In this document: positions 59,401-64,000 of the stretch, in pieces | Layout of the letters: each line of letters begins with the position of its first letter | Position numbering within the stretch: the first letter of the stretch is position 1 | NCBI GenBank assembly: GCA_904063045.1 | Contig: CAJFCJ010000030.1 | Coordinates: 124,001-188,000 of the forward strand | Length of the DNA stretch: 64,000 nucleotides | Origin: Dimorphilus gyrociliatus | Taxonomy: Eukaryota > Animalia > Annelida | Direction of reading: 5' to 3' | Program-made: the position numbers and the translations under genes | The notes under the pieces: model-generated | Database searches by the model: none | What the model saw: only the letters and a program-made list of their open reading frames with translations | Told to the model about the DNA's origin: nothing

Positions 59401-62400
59401 CATTGATCAAAAAGGTTTTAAATATAGTAGTAATGAGTAAAAACTTGAATTTATCATATTTAGCATTTTTCTTGCATACATTTAATAGAATATCAACTAA
59501 TAAGCTCAGTTTTAAAGTAATATTATCTCTATAAACGATATTTATAAGGAGCTTTACCGTTTTGTTTATTGTTGTCTAAAAATAGGATATGTGTAACAAA
59601 AGAGACAATCTTATTAGAGGTATATATTTTAAATTTACAAACCTTCTGTTCTAACTCAATTTAGTCAAATAAACTGATATCGTCCATACATAATTTTTTT
59701 TAATGAATGTCAATTCAATCATTATTTTTGACACGTACGCTAAATCGTCCTTACACTAAAATGCGTTAGAATACAACCTACCCGCTTATTCATTAATAAT
59801 ATAACAGAATGGACAATATTTTTCCATGTAGATTATTCTATTTTTAGAGGATAATTAAATATCATTAAAGTATGTTAAAAGATATTTTCCATACAGACTA
59901 ATAATGCTTTGAATGAATGCAAACAAGATACGTTTTTCAAGTGAAAAAAGATGTATTTAGCAATTAAAAAATATTCCATTTTTACATATATAGTGTTGCT
60001 TATTATCCTTTAGCAGTTTGAATGAACTTATCAATACTTTAATTAGATTCTGATAAAGAGAAAGAAAGAAATATCCTCTTTGTTGAGCATATATTGAAAC
60101 GGAAAAAAAAATGGACAATAACGTATCTGGTTAATATAAACTGTACCTGTCACATAATATTTTAGGTTGTACTAAAGAGGTTATATTAACAATTTAATAA
60201 GAACAAATAGATAATATGTTTGGATTTTTTAAAAAATAAAAGAATAGAGAATTCTTCCTTCAATATAGTAGAATTTTTAAAAAGCTGTCTCTGCCATATT
60301 TTTAACTAATTTATTTAACAATTGCATTGTATTTGACTGTATTAGTCCAATCTATTAAATTAGAATAGCTACATGTATTTTTAGTAAAGAATTTAGTAAT
60401 GAGAGTAAGACTATTAATCTTATGTTAAATGCAATAAATAACTTAAACTTGCTTTTTATGCAGTTTATATTATCATAAAGCTTCTTTAGATGATACAGCT
60501 TGGCTATAAGTTAGTTGAATTTTCAATTTTAGCTTAAAAGTTGACTGATATTTGAACAATTATTAGAGATATTTCTGAAAAAACTGAAAAATTGACTGAC
60601 ATTGTAACAAAAAAGGACAGGAAATTGCAAAGTTCTAAATATTTGATATCTCTCATTCTATTTGTTTTAATATAAAATTGAATTTTTACTGTTATTTAGG
60701 TGTTTTGATTATATAATATACAGTGTAATGTGGCTATATTGATAATACAATATTTTTGAGTTTGGAAATCTGGCCAATGTTTTTCTAGTTTAAACGGATT
60801 ACTTTGCTCAACGCTGACTTATTCTCTCCCATGGGATTGTAATGAAAGTGAATTACAACTTACAAATCGATAATAAGCTTTCGTTTGAATGATTTGACAA
60901 AGATGAAATATGAAATTCTTTTCTTTTTTAATTAGAATATCATTACGAAGGAAAGTTGCGCAGTACATTTTGGAAACACAGTATAGTATTTCCCATAAGA
61001 TTTTCCATAATATTCATATGAATCAGCGGATTAAGATAACTGCTCCTAAGAGTTTTTAAAACATTGTATTGAAGAAATGACAAACTACAACTAAAGCCTT
61101 TGATATATCGATACTATCAAGGGTAGTCTACATTTTCACCTCTCTTTCTCCGTCTCTTTGCATTCGTCTCACTTTAGATGTTGTGAAATTCTCCTATCTC
61201 TTACCTTGAGTCTTGTCATCATACAACATTCCCGAGAAGAAAGAGCTAGAAATTATAGATGATAAAAGAAATTTATACAAAGAAAATCAATCGGATAGCT
61301 TTCTAGCCACATGACAAAATTTATTCTAGAAATTAAATCAGAGTCCAGAAGGGTAGTTTTGGCATGTTTTCCAACTTCAAAGTGTATTAAAATACTTTTC
61401 TTACTGCTATTATATCTTTTACGTTCGTCTCTATGGAAGTTACTTTATAATGAAAACAATAGGATAACGTTCTTATTAGAAGAAAATTTTATCAAAATCT
61501 GTTAAAACACCCTGAAAAACTTAACCTACATTTATTAAAATTCTATATGGCAGGATATATAGTCCATTATTAAATAATATCTTAAGGAATGAAGAAAATC
61601 TCTTAATATAACATATTTAAAAGATTATTTTATGATAATGGCAAAATAAAAAACAGCTTTCTATACACATTTTTGCTATTTGCTAATAAACCTTTTCTAA
61701 GTTCTTTTCCGACAGTAGATGGCGTAAAAGCATTGATTCTACGCATAATTCATCTTCTATAATCTTGACTAGAGAAAAAATTGGAAACAGTTGATACTCT
61801 TCTAACGAAAACAAATTACAGATTGTAAACAACTGTTAATTTGTATAAGAATTTTTCATATTTAAACAATTACGTATAGCAGATAACAAAATAATAGATG
61901 ATTCAGTTATTATTATTCTTACTTTTATAAATATATGACATATATATATATATATATAAATTACAAATTAACTATAGTACAGTCTACATATACAGTATAT
62001 TTATACAATGCACAATGTTTGCTTCAAATTGATAATTTACACTTTAATTAAGTTGATCTTTAAAAGAGTAGCATAAACAAAGTAGGAGAAAAGTTTTTAT
62101 TTATCCGGCTAAAATTCTAAGAAAGTAAAATATTGTTGAATAAGAAAAAATGACACACAGGGAAATATTGCTATTTTGAATTCATGAAAAAGGAGAGTAT
62201 AAAACTAACCTTGTGGGCCTACCTTTCAACTATTCATTGGCCAATACTGTACCTATTGTCTGTTCAGTAAAGTGTATGTGTGTGAAATTGGCATATGGAG
62301 GATTGTAGATATGTAGATACTGAATATTTTTTTCCTGAATTCATTTTTAATTGGTAATTAACGAGGAAATTAATGATTTGTTTAATAAAACGAGAAAAAT

Positions 62401-63012
62401 CAAATTATTGCAATCGTTGAAATAAAACTAAAAGGATATTTCGTTACTAACCTCACAAATTTTTTAAAAAATTCTTTAAGTAAGTAAACAGTTTGCAAAA
62501 ATAATTAAGAATCATCAGCTTATTTTTTTTAAATAAATGCTTTTTTTCTGCAAAAAGTCAATTGGTAAAACGTTCTACCCGACATTCTATTGATTGATTT
62601 CAGAAATAGTAATAACGGCAGATGCTCGCTAAACACATGTCTATTTAGGCCTAATAGTTTGCACTATAACTGTTCAAAAGATTGTATACTCTGGAATTTA
62701 TATACATTTATACATGTACATTTATACATATACTGTAGATACATATATATATATATATATATATACAAGTGAAGTTCATAAGAATTTCACGTGAAGATAC
62801 ATCTGTATATATTCTAAATATATTACAGAAAGATAGTATGTATATTAATTTGATATTATATTATTATTTTCAATAGTCTGCAATATAATGTATAGGCTAT
62901 TTCTATCTTATTAATATTTCTAACCTAATTAAAAAAGGGTTGAAAAAAATAACACTAGTAATTTATAATTGTTTAAAAAGTAACAAGGAAATCTTGTTGG
63001 AAGAAATGGAAT

Positions 63013-63417
63013 ATGACGAGTATGGAGACTGATCACACGAATTCATCATCCGATGAAGATATCTTCATTAAAACTGCTCGCTTCGGAGAAAAACGTGAAA
63101 GATTTGAAAGGAATCCGTCAATAGTTGATAACTTGTTAATTGATATTTATGAAAGGTATCTAAACTATTTTATATCTATCTGTAAAGATTCGTATTTCAG
63201 AATTAATCATATTGACATCACGTAATTATATAGTTGAAAGAGCGAAAATATCAGAATTCAACACATGTTTTTGATATGAGCTTGAGCTTACATATGTTGT
63301 TTACGTAACGATAGTCTTCTTTTTTTTTATCTAATTTTTAAGTAGACTTCCAAAAAAGAGGTTTTACTTTTTAAAAGTTCTACCACATGTTTGTTTTTGT
63401 TTCTACCTGTTCTCTCC

Positions 63418-63456
<39 letters not shown>

Positions 63457-64000
63457 TCTGTCTTACACATATACAGTCTTCACGTTACTTCTTTTTCGTT
63501 TCACCTCTTCCTTCATCTATTTCTAGTATTTCTACTTTACTATCCTCAGCAGATTACTTTCATTCATATAATGGCTTAAAAGAGAAAAAATAGAAAATTA
63601 GCTTGATATCTATTTCTCATTTCATTCTTTAATTATTTAAAAATTCTAGTTTAGGGCAAAAACATTTGATTACGAATTTCATTTTCTTTCGATATATCTA
63701 GAATGATTGGGAAACATTACCTATTAACGGAATAAATTGATATATTTCCATAGAAAATATTAATACATAGTCCATCTATTACCGATTGTATACAGTATAT
63801 CAAAATCACTGTAATAATTTTCATATTTATTGTCTATCGTATGTTTTTTTTTGGGAAATTTCTAATGCATTTCTCTTTATATCCTATAGATGGCATGGGA
63901 GTCGTACTGATAGCGTAGACAGCGATACTTTCACAGAATGTTCAAGCACAGATGCAACTTCATTAGGTGGCCATTATTTAGATGATCCTAGATTAACCGG
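63013..64000 (+). CDS. 5' part of an unidentified gene running off the window
   Basis: Exon 63013-63155 (donor GTATCT) and the exon starting at 63890 (acceptor CCTATAG) join in frame: MTSMETDHTNSSSDEDIFIKTARFGEKRERFERNPSIVDNLLIDIYERWHGSRTDSVDSDTFTECSSTDATSLGGHYLDDPRLT... Confidence 0.7.

Noticed and set aside
522-63579. Many 60-110 aa ORFs rich in I/Y/F/L or SL/ER runs in the ORF track
   Set aside because: They are translations of (TA)n or (CT)n microsatellites and AT-rich non-coding DNA, often with TTG or GTG starts that are not meaningful in a eukaryote.

Overview
AT-rich animal genomic DNA with very short introns (mostly about 55-75 bp) and (CT/GA)n and (TA)n microsatellites. The compact architecture resembles a miniaturised invertebrate genome such as the annelid Dimorphilus; this is inference, not tested. 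Genes I could reconstruct by hand, left to right: a short Axin-like gene (-) with no RGS domain found, a coiled-coil protein (-), a small MGCGS-start protein (-), two tandem intronless class A GPCRs (-), a WNK kinase (-), and the kinesin-6 KIF23/MKLP1 (+) divergent from it. KIF23 carries a 1764-bp in-frame, skippable hexapeptide-repeat exon. Further right are a membrane-anchored FkbM-family methyltransferase (+), a UDP-glycosyltransferase (-), a short-prodomain QACQG caspase (+) followed directly by a CARD-only gene (+) that the ORF track misses, a small acidic ORF (-), a third GPCR (-), an approximately 8-kb ORF-poor interval and the 5' end of an unidentified gene (+). No rRNA, tRNA, CRISPR array or intact transposon was found. 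The most interesting signals are the caspase/CARD-only pair, the KIF23 repeat cassette exon, the RGS-less Axin with a miR-2/13-like hairpin in its intron, and the type II membrane FkbM methyltransferase. All exon structures are manual GT-AG predictions without transcript support.
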